In this document: piece after piece, positions 25,724 to 46,639 of the stretch
Numbering within the stretch: the first letter of the stretch is position 1
How the letters are laid out: each line of letters begins with the position of its first letter
Source of the DNA: Paraspadella gotoi
Lineage: Eukaryota; Animalia; Chaetognatha
Reading direction: 5' to 3'
Assembly (NCBI GenBank): GCA_051294375.1
Contig: CM119269.1
Location: 3,080,026-3,144,025, forward strand
Length of the DNA: 64,000 bases
Notes under the pieces: generated by a model
Told to the model about the DNA's origin: nothing
Seen by the model: the letters and a program-made list of their open reading frames with translations, nothing else
The model's database searches: none
Program-made: the position numbers and the translations under genes

Positions 25724-27691
25724 ATGGCCGTCAAAAATCGAGTCTCCGCCTCGTCGTCCGGGGTTTCCTTCATGCCGACAACATACGGGTCTCCGCAACA
25801 TCCATCGCTTACATCCGGATTTTTGAGCGCGCCCTCCACGACGACGACGACGATAGGCACGAGGACCAAAGCGACCCTGAAAACATCCAACGCGCCGCCG
25901 CCACCGAAGATATACGAACCTTTGAAAAGGTGAGGGATAAATAGTAAATATTTGTGAATCATTAAAAGAGTAAAAGCGTGACTAATGGCGTATAACTGTG
26001 ATCGGCGATAATCATTTGGCCATTTTTTTTTTAAACGCTTCAGTTATCGTTTTTCAAACGTCGAACATGTGAGAGAAAATCGAAAATCCGAATTAAAAAA
26101 AAAAAAAAACTAATTTTTAATACGGCGGAAAAAAAATGGGCGAAAACTACTCGATCGGCGGATGAATACAACAGCGAAAAAATCGATTTATCAAAATTAG
26201 TAACAAAAATCGACTTCATTATTTCTCGCTTTCCCCTTCTTTTTCTTTCTCTCTCTCTCTTTCTCGCTCTCTTACTTACTCTCCCTCTCCACCACTTATA
26301 AATAATTTCTCACTTCTTTCCAATCCTATTTTTGGCAGCGTCGCCTTCAACCGGCGCGCGAAGCCATCGACGCTCGCTATCGGAGACACGCCCCCTCGAC
26401 GTCGGGCCCTCGCCGCCCCCGACGACGCCGCCCACCACCGCGCGCTGGTGAAAATGCGCCCAGAAGAAATGGCGCAGCTGCAAGAATGGATGGCGGGGGT
26501 GACCGACACGCCGGAGATGCTCTGCGACAAGTTGGAGAAGAACGCCAGAGATCAGAAGGACAGGCGAGTGGAGGGGCAGTTTGAGAGGTGGAGGAGAAAA
26601 GATAAAGGGAAAAGAACTGGACAGTAGACACCCAACACGGGCCAACATTTAAGTTGTTACCGTGCATTGGGATATAAATTACAGAAAATTAGATATTGAA
26701 TGTTGCAGAAACCTCATCAAAACTAAACGAGTATTGCTTATCAATTTATCTTAAGGTTCAATTTCCGTTTTTAAAAATTGTTTTAGCTTTTTTCGAAAAA
26801 AAAAAATAGAAAAAACAAAAAAAGATGATGTATCTCTTTGACTGTCAGTTATACGAGTTTCGTCCTTAATTCACTATTCGTTCTTCAGATAAAAAAAATA
26901 TTAAAAAACCGAACTTTTTTTTTCAAAATTTTTTGGTCGTTCTTTCACCTCACAAGACTGAAAAATTATCGTAAAAGAGCTCGAATGAAAGCTAATTGTT
27001 TATTCTATCATTGCCCCAAATATTAATTATTATTATACTGATAATATTACCTTTACGTGAAGGTCGATTATCAAACAAAGGGGGAAAAAAACACATGACC
27101 CGAGAGAAATGACCCACGTGACCTAAAACGTTCTCCATAATACTGATAATTTAATAGGAAATACATTTTTCACTCAGAATGAAAAAACTAAACGACTCAA
27201 TTTCGCAACTGACGGCGGACATGAAAAATTTTCGGTCGGCAAAGGAAGACTGGGACGACATGGTCGCCATGTCCTCGAAAATGGTCAAGAGGAAGAGGGA
27301 AGCGACGCGGGACGCGTACGACAGAATCACGGTCAGTGTAGTGTGTGTCACTCGAGCTCGATAGATCCAGTCGAGCTAGGCACATGCGACGACAGCATTA
27401 AGAGTGAGGCAGTCCCTCGTAAGACGAAGGCCTGTCAGGTCAAGTCAAGTGTAGTGTGTGTACAAAAGATATAGACAATGACCTAAATCAATCTGTATAC
27501 GATCGAATTACTAACAATACAATACAATTACTACAATAAAAAATCATTTGCTTTGATTCTTTGCTTCTATCTCAAAGGACGCCAATCAACAAATCGGGCG
27601 GGAGCTGACCAAAAACTTTCCCTACGTCCCTTACGAAATGTTAGTGGACCACCAATACGCCGTGAGCTTTCCGCGTTGGTTCCGCAACTGA
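25724..27691 (+). CDS. Uncharacterised ~220-aa protein with C-terminal coiled coil, 4 coding exons
   Basis: Exons 25724-25929, ~26339-26530, ~27179-27331 and 27578-27691 join in frame through GT-AG introns: MAVKNRVS...PLKS|VAFNRR...EMAQLQEWMAGV...DK|MKKLNDSISQLTADMKNF...RIT|DANQQIGRELTKNFPYVPYEMLVDHQYAVSFPRWFRN*. Confidence 0.7.
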
Positions 27692-28291
27692 ATTCGAGGC
27701 GGAAAAAAAAATCGAAACAAAATGTAAAAAAACTTTTAAAATGAAAGAGCGACGCCAGTGGGTAGTCGTGACCAGAGGGCGCAATAAATCGGCTAGGGCC
27801 TCCGGTCTCAAATGCCCGCAACGGCCATATTTGCATGCAACTTTTTTTTTAATTTTAAATATTTCCCCCTTTTTTTATTTGCACGCCAAAAAAACCTTGA
27901 ACCGCATGATCGTGTGCGCTTTTTTTGTAGCACGAAGTTTTTGTGAACAAAAAATTATGACCACTGTGACCACCAGATCCTTATGAGTATTCTCGTCGAA
28001 GCGTTGTTTTTTTACGTAATAAACCTAATCATTCATCATCCAATTTTTCGTGTTTTTTTTTTTTAAACGAATCTAGCTAATTAGGAAATTCGCTTTGTTT
28101 ATAAACTAAACAAAATTCAAGATACAAATTTTAAAAAAAAAGTCAATGAAAATACTGAAGAATCGTATTATTTCTGCCGATTGAAATCAAAACGTCAACG
28201 AGATAACAAAAGTGAGTGAAGGAACAAAGAGGGAGCCCGACAGAAGGAATGGTTTTCGAGGGTAAGTTCGTCGAAGGTAAGGGTCCTCCAT

Positions 28292-29757
28292 TCAGGCTTC
28301 GTCGTCGTCGTCGTCGTCCTCATCGTCCTCTCCGTCGTCGTCCTCGATATCGTCCTCGTCAATGTCCTGATAAAAACATTTAAATTCATTTAAATTCATA
28401 GTTTTCATAGTTGTTTCTTAAATTCATAGTAATTTTTTCATGCGATCAATTGCGCGCCTTACCTCGTCGATACCCTCTTCATCGTCCATGTTCCCCAGGT
28501 AGAACTGGAGGGGGTTGGGCCAAATCTCGTCCTTGATGGCCTCGCCGATTTCGTCCATGCCCACGTCGGGTTCGTCCGAGAACCAAGAAAAGAACGACGC
28601 CTGGGGGAAGAGGGCGGGGAGGAACGGAGGGATGCAGTTGACGAAATTATGTGGAAAAACCGACCACTGTACAAAAGGAGCTTTCAAGAACAAACGATAT
28701 AAAAAGATTCGAAATAAGTAACATCTTTTACATTTAATTTTGAAGCGTGGTATATATAATATTATATATATATTACGGTAGCTGAGAAATTTCAATAGAC
28801 ATGGTCTTTTAACCTGAGTCTCCTCATTCTTCCGCTTGGCGCCGGCAGCGGCGCCGTTCTTGGCGACGAGCGCTTTGCCCGGGTGCCACTGGATGACGGT
28901 GGAGGTCGGGCCGGACGGAATGTCGTCGTCATGAAGGTGGAACTCCTTAACTAATTCAGAGTTCTTGAAGTAGGGGTTGTTCTTGAACTGTTTTATGGAT
29001 GAAGAGAGGTAAAACGTTAAATTTATAGATTGTATTAAATTAAATTAAATTAAAAGAAACCTAGAAAAAGAAAAAATCTTGACCTGAAACTTGATCTTGT
29101 ATCCGCTTTTAATGTCCTCGAATTCCTCAACGGATATAGCGGTCAAATATTGGAGAGCGTCCTCGTCTTCCTCCCCAAGGATCGCGGAGACCTGCACAGA
29201 GATTCGTTAATTACGGGTCAACTGAGAAAAATCATTAAGAGGACTTTTTTTAAAGTTAGATTGCGCACCTGGGGATGATTGATGAATACAGTTGCCCAAA
29301 AGTTAGGGATGGATTTGATCATTTCGCTTCGTTTGCTGTAGTAAGGCTGTCGGAGTTTGTTGTACTTTTGTTCCACTTGAAGAATTTCCGCAGAAGCTTT
29401 CTCCGTTAAACTGAATTAAAAAAACGTATGTATTATTATTAATCATCAGGAGATGATATTTACAGTACAATTACACTTTTACGAAGACACTATTTGTTAA
29501 TTTATAGTGGACACTTGTAGACGGTTATTTAAATAATAGACTAGGGGTTATTAGCGATTATTAGCAATAACTTGATTTTTTTTTTCTGAAAGAAAAAGAG
29601 ACAACAAAATAAATGAGGTAGACTTGTCGTCTAACTTGATTGTTACTCACCTGTCCAAATTATTTTGAATTTCATCGATTTTCTCGATGGAACCTTGCAC
29701 TTCCTTGTTGATGCCCTCCCCGTCGAACTTGGCCATTTTTTCAGGAGACAGAGGCAT
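28292..29757 (-). CDS. SET: Protein SET / TAF-I (NAP-family histone chaperone), 6 exons
   Basis: [37 protein letters not shown]...[19 protein letters not shown]...[15 protein letters not shown]...NPYFKN...SFFSWFSD...[14 protein letters not shown] followed by an acidic tail. Confidence 0.96.
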
Positions 29758-30059
29758 GATGAACTGTTTCGTTTATTGTTCTGTTGCGAAAAATAATAAA
29801 TACGAAGAAATATTTCTTTCTGATGGGCGGCGTGGCGTTCGTCGTGAATGTTGAATTTCGAGGTTGGAATTGGTGGGAAAACCGGTGTGTTGTCTCCGAG
29901 TTCACAGCTTTCCTTGAGATTCAGCTTGGTAGAAGCCTTTATTTCTTCTATTTCTCTCCCACAAAGGTGAACAACAAAAGAGCGCGAGGCCAGTCCCCAT
30001 TCTGCGATTTACTCCGCGTGGTTTTTTCGAAACTTCTCCCATTCAAAATAGGGCGGTCT

Positions 30060-30310
30060 AAGTTAGACTAATCAGCGCCGAGGATTTGAGATCGCTGACC
30101 AATAGGAGAACGAATAGACACCGGTGATGGAGATTCTTGTCTCTAAACAAGAGGATTCGACGAATTTGGACCAATCACAAGAGAAAAGACTCTTTTGTCG
30201 TCTAATCACAGAGCACAGAGAAACATGTTTTTTTATTCCTTCAATGAGAATCACAACTACGAACTGTCGACTCGACACTAACCGATCATAGTTGGTCGCC
30301 CAATAAACGG
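30060..30310 (-). promoter_or_regulatory. Multi-CCAAT (NF-Y-type) promoter region of SET
   Basis: CCAAT at 30099, 30171 and 30300, plus gggcgg at ~30051, upstream of the SET ATG. Confidence 0.45.
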
Positions 30311-30952
30311 ACAGACGGAACGCGTTTCCGACTAATGGAATAATAGGCGTCAATATTCGCCACACGTAAACGGGCATCTTTTCTCTGTTTCATGTCTTTT
30401 AATTAGCGTGGGTTTCTCAGTGTAAGCCGAGTGTAGTTCTGTATCTGCGTTCCAAGGTTTTCAGAAAGTAGTTCCACTTTTAGCGTTTGACTGATAATTG
30501 ATTGTTAAACTGTCATAGATAAAGTGAACGCATTATTGTTTGGATTTAAAGAAGCCAGTATTGATGTCACGATACATGTCGATGAATGGTTTTTAGTCGA
30601 TATAAAAAAATAGTAGACTATTTAATTACTTATTTATTTAGTTAACTTGACAACGTCGATAAAGCAAGGAATAAAAATTAAATTTGAGCAAAAAAGCCAA
30701 AGGTCGGGGTCACTCTCTCTCTCACTCTGGAAGAGACAGTAATATTGTAATATGTTAGTGACAGAACCGTTTAATGAAATTGGTACAACCAATATAAAAT
30801 TATCCATTCAATATAATTTAAAAGAAGTCCTCTTCACTTCCAGGCGACCACCGGCTAGAACCCGAGACCTTTGGGTTGGGAGGCAAATGACTTGCCTCCT
30901 GCACCAATGGCCGCTGAAGAACGGTTGATGGATTTTAGTCACCATATTTCTT

Positions 30953-32737
<1,785 letters not shown>

Positions 32738-34567
32738 TTAAGAGTTGATGAAATATTAAATTTAATGTTAATTCATATAATTACAAACGCAGTTTTATTA
32801 TTAATATTACCGCCTCGTTTTTCCAATTAATATATATTTATATTCACCTGTTTTTATCCCCAGTTTCAACAATAATAATGCAGTGGAAGCTAAATTATAA
32901 ACATTAGAAACTTAAGTAAGTCAAACCAATGGACAGATACACCGAACGACCGACCGACAACTGTTACTCGAGGCGAAACCAAAAAAGAGGCTTTATTATT
33001 ATCATTAACTGAAATCACATTTGCAACCATCAGTAATTGTTTAACAATAAATAATCTTGATTCTTTTTAGTTGGGTAAAACCTATTTATAATCTATTTCT
33101 ATCTATATATATATATCTATATATCATCGCAGGAATATCAAGCCACCAGAATCAGGATCGGAGGCTCGGGCGATCTCCGCAAGAAATGGAATCGCCGAAT
33201 CCTGATTGGTCAAGCATGAAACCGGAATCGACCAATCGGCTTGAAGAATCATTGGAACTGTAAATTTTACCCACGTCGCCGATCCTCTTCCCTAGATATT
33301 AATAGACTTAGCTTGTTCTAGTTTCAGTAGCAATGATCAAGACTCCTGCGCGTGTCTCACCGTCACCTTTATTCTCAGAATAAAACTTCATCTTGATTTC
33401 GTCCATAGAAATCCATGAGTTTTTCCATAAATATATATATATATATATATATATTAAAATCTCACCCTTTTTGAGCGAAGCTTGGGCCATGTTGAAATGA
33501 AAAAAATATCCGTTACGAAGAAATGAAAGACAATCACTGAAAAGCGAACTGAGATCAAGGATCAAGGATCGAATGTGTTTTGAAACTATCAGGAAAAAAG
33601 ACAGGAGAAAAAGATTAAAACGGATAACCTGACCTGGTGAATAATTGGAATTATCGTAAACGATAAAGCTATTAAATATTTTGACCTATGACTTAGATGT
33701 AAAAGAAAAAGCAATTCAATTTTGATCATGATAGCGATGAAAACTGAAATGCCAATAGAAGAAAATATTTTAATTTCATAAACTTTCAACTCATCTGCCT
33801 CTCAGATATCAAAATGGGTTATAAGTGGAAAATATTCATTTGATAAAGAAAAAATCTTAAAAGCATAAGGATCGTCGCAATCGCATAAGAAAAATCTGGA
33901 TTGACGACAAATTTTGATACTAAAAAAATCAAATTTGAGAAAAGAAAATTAATTTATAAACAAAGAAAAAGAAGAAAAGAATAAATATAAAGAAAGAATA
34001 GAAAGGAAAGAAAGAATAGAAAGGAAAGAAAGAATGGAAAGGAAAGAAAGAATGGAAAGGAAAGAAAAAAAAAGAAAGAATAGGAAAGAATAGAAAAGAA
34101 AAAGAAAAAGAAATAAAAATTTCAAGATTAATCAAAAATTATCATCTTATCATATCATATCTTATTATCTTATCATATTAACTCATCCTATTATTCGCTG
34201 CTTACCGCTAAATGGCTGCGTGCATCCGCCATTGTTTGCTCTAATTAGTTGTTGAAGTTCTGAATCTAAATTTAGTTATTGGTCACCAAATCGTAATGCT
34301 TTTCAATTTTCGATCGATTATAAGTAGAAAACAATAAAAGCTGTTATGATTGAAATTTTTTATATCTTTTGAAATATAAACGGAAACGTTAATCAACAAC
34401 AGGTAAATAAATAAATAATTTTGATAAAAAAAAAAAAAAGATTAGAAAAGATCCTTTCTTTTCAGTTGTGAGATGAGTTTTGAATCAGCAGTGGAAAGGA
34501 AAGCGAAGAGAAGGCAGATGACAGCAATGTTTGAAGACGCTTGCCAACGAATCCGAAATGGCGCAAA

Positions 34568-36130
34568 TCAGCAATCCTTGAAGAGGTGGCATGTGTCGTT
34601 GCGGTAGTTCGTTGCGGGAAAATTCGGTACGAGGAAGTTAGCGCCGTATATGCGCCCCAGGTAAGGCGAGAGAAGTCGTGGCGCTGGAATATCATTTGCG
34701 CCGCAAAAGGAGATGGAACGAAAAGGTTTCACATCACTGTAGGGAAAAATAATTTAAGTCAACTGCGTAACTCTTCTAATTGCGGGGGGGGGGGAGATAA
34801 TTTTAAGCGAAAATTTCCAAGCAAAATGCAACTGGAAATGCCATTATTGCCATTAAAAAGCGACAGCCTGAAGAACCAAAAAAAAACTACAAAAAAAACA
34901 AAAAAAACAAAAAAAACAAAAAAACAAAAAAACACCAGAAAAAAACACCACACAGCCACTAACCTCATCCGCGGCCGTTTGTATTTATTCTTGTATTTGG
35001 GATTCGGGCAAATGATTTCGTTGGTTTTTGGGTCCACGTCGTAGGCGTAAACGTCGAGCCAAGACATGGCCCAATCCGCGGCCCAATGATTGGCCCCGGG
35101 TAAGTGAATGCGGAAGGCAAGCGGACCTTTTTTTCGCTTTTCCACCTAAGTGAGATAATTTTGGTTTTAAACTTGATAGCAGTTAACGTCCGTTCGAACT
35201 CAGGGCTGAAATTTAAGCAACTCGAATAACAAAGACGCAAAATAGCAAAACTTTTCAACTCCTACATTTCAACTTCGACATAAAAATAATCTCGCTTTCT
35301 AATCGATAAATTGTGAAACTCTAAATTTTTATGGATATTATTTTTTTGTATTCTGTCTCGGCTTTTGACTAACTTACATCACTTTTAAAGTGATGAAAAA
35401 TTGTATAATAGCACTTACGCTAAACCCATTTTTCCGCAGGAGCTTGATGGCTTCTTTGGACTGTTTTGCGTAAATGGCGAAATCCACGTCATGTTCCCAG
35501 GGGATCATTCCGCTGAATCGATGGAGAAAGTTAGTGAACTGAAAAATCAGGCTGAAGGCGCCATGACAGTTGATTAATTCTCACTCTCTTCACTTCTGTC
35601 TGATCCTTCACGGTGAGTCTTTACCAGTCATTCAGAGTCGCACTGACCATTTATCCAAAAAATTTTTAACTTACCGTCTTTCAATCTCTCTATCCCTCTT
35701 TTTCATTCCGACCAATTACAATGATTAGTAACTCTTTAGTCATTAACAAGTCCTTCCGAGTCGTCCCGAGTCAACAATGCTTAGCCGTTTTCCAGAAAAA
35801 TTTTATTATAATGAATGATTTTATTACTCATGATAAGTTAATCCTGAATCAAACTTCTATTCGAGTAAACCGTTTAACGTTTGCAAACCTTACCTTTTTA
35901 CCCGTCTAAACAGTACTGTCTCCGTTCTACAAGCCTCACCTCTTGTCCTGACCAGTTTCAGGATGTTCAGCTCTCGCAGCTCCGAGAAGCGATCCAAAAG
36001 CGAGGTGATACTCGATCCTGCTTCGGTTGAACAGCCTCGAGGTCGTAAGGGCCAAGTCGCAAAGTTGTTGACGAGTGGATTCCCGAACGCAGCACCAGGC
36101 TATCGAGGGAGTGGAGTACATATGGCGCAT

Positions 36131-36229
<99 letters not shown>

Positions 36230-36521
36230 TATTGCAATCAATTGGTGATTGCGAAAATCGTGACAATTTTTGCCGTCGATAACTTTAAAGTCAGAGAGAT
36301 TTTCCTTATATAGTCTCCGCCTTCCTCCCTCCCCCTCTCACACCAAGTCTCCAAGAAAAAAAAAACAATTTGGCGAAAACTTTTTCCGGTCAAAGAACAG
36401 TTTTTTGAATTCACGGTACTTTTTTGTAATCCTGAGAAGGGAGGTGTTAAAAACTAATTCCACCCACCGAGCAAACGAAAGGGAGAGGGCGAGTGGAAGA
36501 AAGAGTGAGTGAGAGAGAGAG

Positions 36522-36578
<57 letters not shown>

Positions 36579-37713
36579 GAGAGAGAGAAGAGAGAGAGAA
36601 GAGAGAGAGAGGAGAGAGAGAAGAGAGAGAAGAGAGAAGAAGAGAAGAAGAGAAAGATAGAGAGAGAGAGAAAGATAGAGAGAGAGAGAAAGATAGAGAG
36701 GAGAGAAGCGAGAAAGATTTAGAGAGAGAGAGAGAGAGAGAATCCTGGTGGTCTCGATGGATTAAAACATGTGACGTCAGAATTGAAAAAAGAAAGAAAA
36801 AAAAGTAAAAACAAATCTTTTTGGAATGAGAGTAACGCGATCCTTGAAAGGTTAAGAAATTTGGCAATAATATCTAGGACGAGTAAAGAAGTAAATGCTC
36901 ATATTTAAATGCATTTCAACTTTATTTAAAGTTGAGATACTAACGAAAATCAATCAAGTTTACCCGAGGTGTACGACATCCCTACTGCGACGCAAATGAC
37001 GCCGAAGATCCCGAGAGCGACGACGATGACGACGTGTCGACAACAGAGAGCCGCCATTTTCTTGGACGACACGCGACCGACGTCAGACCCGGAGACGAAT
37101 GAGAGGGGAGAGCGACATCGCGAAGCCTTTCGCCTGTTTGGAGCATAGGAGAAGGTGGCGTCGGGAGGACTAGAGTAAAATTTGGTTTGTTTCGTAAGAT
37201 TGGCGTACGAATTATGTAATCAAAAACAGCCACGGCATCAAGCAGCCGCTCCGGAAGCAAACCTGCAGAAATTTCGAAAAGCGAGGATGACGATGTAAAG
37301 AGCGGGACCAACTAACGCCCCTTCCGTCAGAGCGAAGTAGACGACGTGACGATAGGTGCGCTGCTGCCACATGAACGTCGCCAGCGTCACCCCCACGACC
37401 GTCATCGCAAGCGACGCCAACAGCGCCGCGAAACGTGCGGTGATTGACCTCATGGACGCGAAATCGTAGAAAGGAGTCGATCGATTGCAAAGGCGAAAGC
37501 GAAGACGTCCAGGCCAGGGAGACGCGTTACGACCGTCGATGGGTAAGTGGTCACGCCAGATCTAGTACCCTGAAAGGGAGGCGATCAAGCATCCTTAAAG
37601 ACGGATGCGCAAAAGACGTTACGTTACAATGTTACAATGACGCCGCGGGATGACGCCCGGAAATGACGATGTCGATTATCATTCGTCGACGCCCAAGGAG
37701 ATCGTCTATTCAT
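34568..37713 (-). CDS. LicD / fukutin-related transferase (copy 2) with multi-pass N-terminus; 5' start uncertain (37713 or 37453)
   Basis: YHLAFGSLLGAAR (~35960-36010), SGMIPWEHDVDFAI (~35470-35515), WLDVYAY (~35040) and PAPRLLSPYLGRIYGANFLVP (~34630-34690); three hydrophobic segments encoded in 36965-37450. Confidence 0.8.
36136..36740. repeat. (GA)n microsatellite and compound GA-rich tract
   Basis: Pure (GA)n at 36136-36226 and interrupted GA tract at 36511-36740. Confidence 0.9.
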
Positions 37714-38867
37714 TGGCACAAGCTGGCGAAGAGAAAATATAGATATTATTTATAGTATTAAAATAGTTTTTAGTAGATCCGGAGACGATTGATTGAAAAA
37801 GACACATTTATAAGGGGAAAAAAACGAACCCGTATAAAGGACAAGCGAAAATAAGTGGAAAGAACTCAACAAAATAGACAGTTTGTGATTCGTGAAACGA
37901 GTTGTTCGTCGCTGACTCACGTTCGAATCACTTCGATGAGCTCTTCGCGTTATACTGCTCCTCTCTAGATTTCGCGTTGCAGCGGTACACGTTGCTATTT
38001 TGTTTAAACGAACTGGTTCTATTCGGATCCTCTTTTGGATGTAAAACAAAAACTTCTCGCATAGATTAGACAAAAAATTTTTTGTAGGTATGTCCGTTTG
38101 TCTGTACTGTACTGTAGATTATTCGATTTGGAGTTTTTTCTGTAGATATTGCAGAGACCTTGTATTATTGATTCCCTTTGATTTTTTTTCGCCTAAGTTT
38201 GAGACAAAAAAAGAGAGCGTGTTATGATTTATTAATTCTTCTTTGGCTATGTTATTTAAATAGCTTACGCTTCTTTGTCTTGATCATGATGAATTGAGCT
38301 ATTTAACTTTTATCTGGATATTGGGACTTATGAGCCGAAATCCATGAAAGATATTGGTTTCCAACTAATTTCATCGAATTTTTTTGTTAACATAGATAAA
38401 ATATTTTAAAACGCTTTTAGATATTTTTATTTTTTGATAAAAGAGTTTCTAACAAGAATGAAGGGCAGAAAGTAATTTTTATCCATGTGTTGTATATATG
38501 CTCACTATTATTACAGAAGTCGGCTCTTACATCCCTCTCCCCATTACATTGTTAAATATGAAATAAAAAAATTAAAAATTTAATTGAATACTTACGTGAA
38601 AAATGTTATATCTTCATATAAATTTTAAAATTTAGTCTAATTTAGTCTAATACAGTAAAACAAGCAAGCTTTTAATTTTTTTCATAATCCTAAGATCAGC
38701 AGAAACTAATTGTAACTTGAAATGCGGGCGCGGCTTCGACTTGACGTCGATCAAAACAATCTCAACTAAAACAAATAAAATTGAAATAAAGTAAACAAAG
38801 AAGAAATTTCAGTTAAAAAATAAATTAGTCTCTTATTTTAGAATTTTTGGAAAGTCAAATTATAAAA

Positions 38868-44583
<5,716 letters not shown>

Positions 44584-44820
44584 ATCTTTGAAAGATAATA
44601 TATATATATATATTTAATTAAAATGTGAAAATACATGAAAATTATACATTGTACATTTTATTGTTTTAATCATAAGCTTTTGATTAAGGCTCCGGCTAAG
44701 TTCCGGTTTTATTTCAGTTATTTCTTTTCGTGAAGTTAAGTTTTTAAAACGGAATTACTGCTTGATGTATTTTTTCTCACACCTACTCACAAACACATGC
44801 ACGCTTTCTTCTCTCTCTCT

Positions 44821-44909
<89 letters not shown>

Positions 44910-45057
44910 CTCTCGTCGTTCTCTTGCTCAATATGCAAATCTCATTAGCGCGACTGATGCAATTCCACGTTTTCGAATTCACCTCAGCATTTTTTTTCTG
45001 CCGACAAGTTTCTCTCCAGTGATTTTTTTTCCTCTTGAACAAATCACTTCCCACAAC

Positions 45058-45927
45058 ATGGCGCCGGGATTTTTTTCCCTCTCCCGCGTAATCTTCATCG
45101 GCTTCATTTTCGGTGCCGTCACATTCTCTTCCGCGACGCCGTGCGCCAAATCGACGACGCCGGCCGACGCGGCTCGACTCGACTCGGCGCTGCGGGACAT
45201 CCTCGGCAACGAGCGTCTCCGTCAGTTCAAGGCCGACTTCAAGAGATGGAGGGAGGAGCATCCCGAATTGAGGCATCCTTCGCGGGAATGGTTCGTCCGC
45301 GAGTTCGACGGAGACGACGAAGGGACGTTGGACAGGGTGAAGGAGAAGGTGGAGCAAGCGTTCCGGGCGGCGAAGGAAAAGTGGGAAGAATGCGAGGAGG
45401 AAGAGGAGGAGCAGAGGGAGGAAGAGGAAGAAGAAGAGGAGAGCGAGGATGATAACGAGGAAGGGATGGAAGAATCTCAGGAATGGAAAGACGGAGAAGA
45501 ATTGGGCGAATGGCTGGGGAAATGGATCGAGGGAGAGGAAGAGAGGGAGGAGGAAAAGGAGGAAGTGATGAAGCGACAAAGAGGAGGAAGACCTGGCCGA
45601 CCAGGTAAGCCAGGTCGCGGACCCGGAGGAGGAAGGCCAGGTCGCCCCGGCAGGCCCGGTCGACCTGGTGGAAGGCCAGGAAGGCCCAGTTCTGGAGGAG
45701 CCGCGATAACTGCACCCTTAGGCCAGAACCCCGGATTGGACTCCCAATTGGATCCCTCGCTCATCAACAACGGATTCGGCGTCGGTGGGAATTTCGGCGG
45801 CGGATTCGGCGGATCCGGTCTCCTACCGCCGCCGGTTCGTCCCGGCAGACCCGGCAGACCCGGCAGACCCGGCAAACCGCCCAAAAATCCGCGACCGGGA
45901 TCGATGCCCACTTGGCTGCCGGGATGA
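45058..45927 (+). CDS. Single-exon secreted prepro-protein (289 aa): signal peptide, acidic pro-region, KR site, Gly/Arg/Pro-rich C-terminal peptide
   Basis: ATG in acaacATGg context; hydrophobic N-terminus (FFSLSRVIFIGFIFGAVTFSSA); Glu-rich middle; MKR|QRGGRPGRPGKPGR...; ends PTWLPG*. The ORF-track extension upstream is (CT)n noise. Confidence 0.8.
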   Translation: MAPGFFSLSRVIFIGFIFGAVTFSSATPCAKSTTPADAARLDSALRDILGNERLRQFKADFKRWREEHPELRHPSREWFVREFDGDDEGTLDRVKEKVEQAFRAAKEKWEECEEEEEEQREEEEEEEESEDDNEEGMEESQEWKDGEELGEWLGKWIEGEEEREEEKEEVMKRQRGGRPGRPGKPGRGPGGGRPGRPGRPGRPGGRPGRPSSGGAAITAPLGQNPGLDSQLDPSLINNGFGVGGNFGGGFGGSGLLPPPVRPGRPGRPGRPGKPPKNPRPGSMPTWLPG

Positions 45928-46576
45928 TATCGGCAACGCGGCCATCTGGAGGTATAGTCACTACTCAGGTGGACTAAAATCCACCAACCGTTCATCAGCG
46001 GCCATTGGTGCCGGAGGCAAGTCATTCGCCTCCCAACCCAAAGGTTCGGGGTTCTAGCCCGGTTTGTCGTCTGGCAGTTAAGAGGACGGGGCGCTTAACC
46101 CGCCTGTAACATGGTGTTACATCCTGATCCGAAGCTCAGGCACTGCTTGTAATGAACGGTTCTGTCACTGACATAAAACAATAATTACTGTCTCTTCACA
46201 ACTAATCAGGATTTGGCGGGAACTATAACGATCATGAACGTTGGACTTTTAATTCACTTCTTTTATATTCATTTTTAATTCTTTAATTTCAAGTTTGTTT
46301 TTTAAAATTTTATTTGATTCAAATTTAATTTTTCATTTTATATTTAATTTCATTTGTTCAATAGCGATTTTCGGATCAAACAACCAACTTCAATCGAAAT
46401 TCGAAGAAGCGATAGATTTGGCGAATCTACTTATGATAAACGAATTGGACAAACAGGGTAAAGTTTGGCGTTCACACAAATTAGTAAACAAGGACCGAAG
46501 ACAATTTCATAAACAATTTTTGTTTAGGAATAAAACGTCCGACGACCCCAGCGCCAACATCTCCTCCACTCAGCGT

Positions 46577-46589
46577 CGGCGGCGGCGGC

Positions 46590-46639
<50 letters not shown>
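46577..46639. repeat. (CGG)n trinucleotide tract
   Basis: About 20 near-perfect GGC units. Confidence 0.9.

Noticed and set aside
33120-33900. Exon-like segment upstream of BDH2
   Set aside because: No consistent spliced ORF or recognisable domain; may be promoter or decayed repeat.
44755-45057. N-terminal extension of the 376-aa ORF and other SLSL/ERER ORFs
   Set aside because: Translation of (CT)n/(GA)n microsatellites; the credible start is ATG 45058 before the signal peptide.
45925-46057. Stop-codon readthrough, selenocysteine or frameshift after WLPG-TGA
   Set aside because: In-frame TAG follows within 10 codons; no recognisable SECIS or slippery site.
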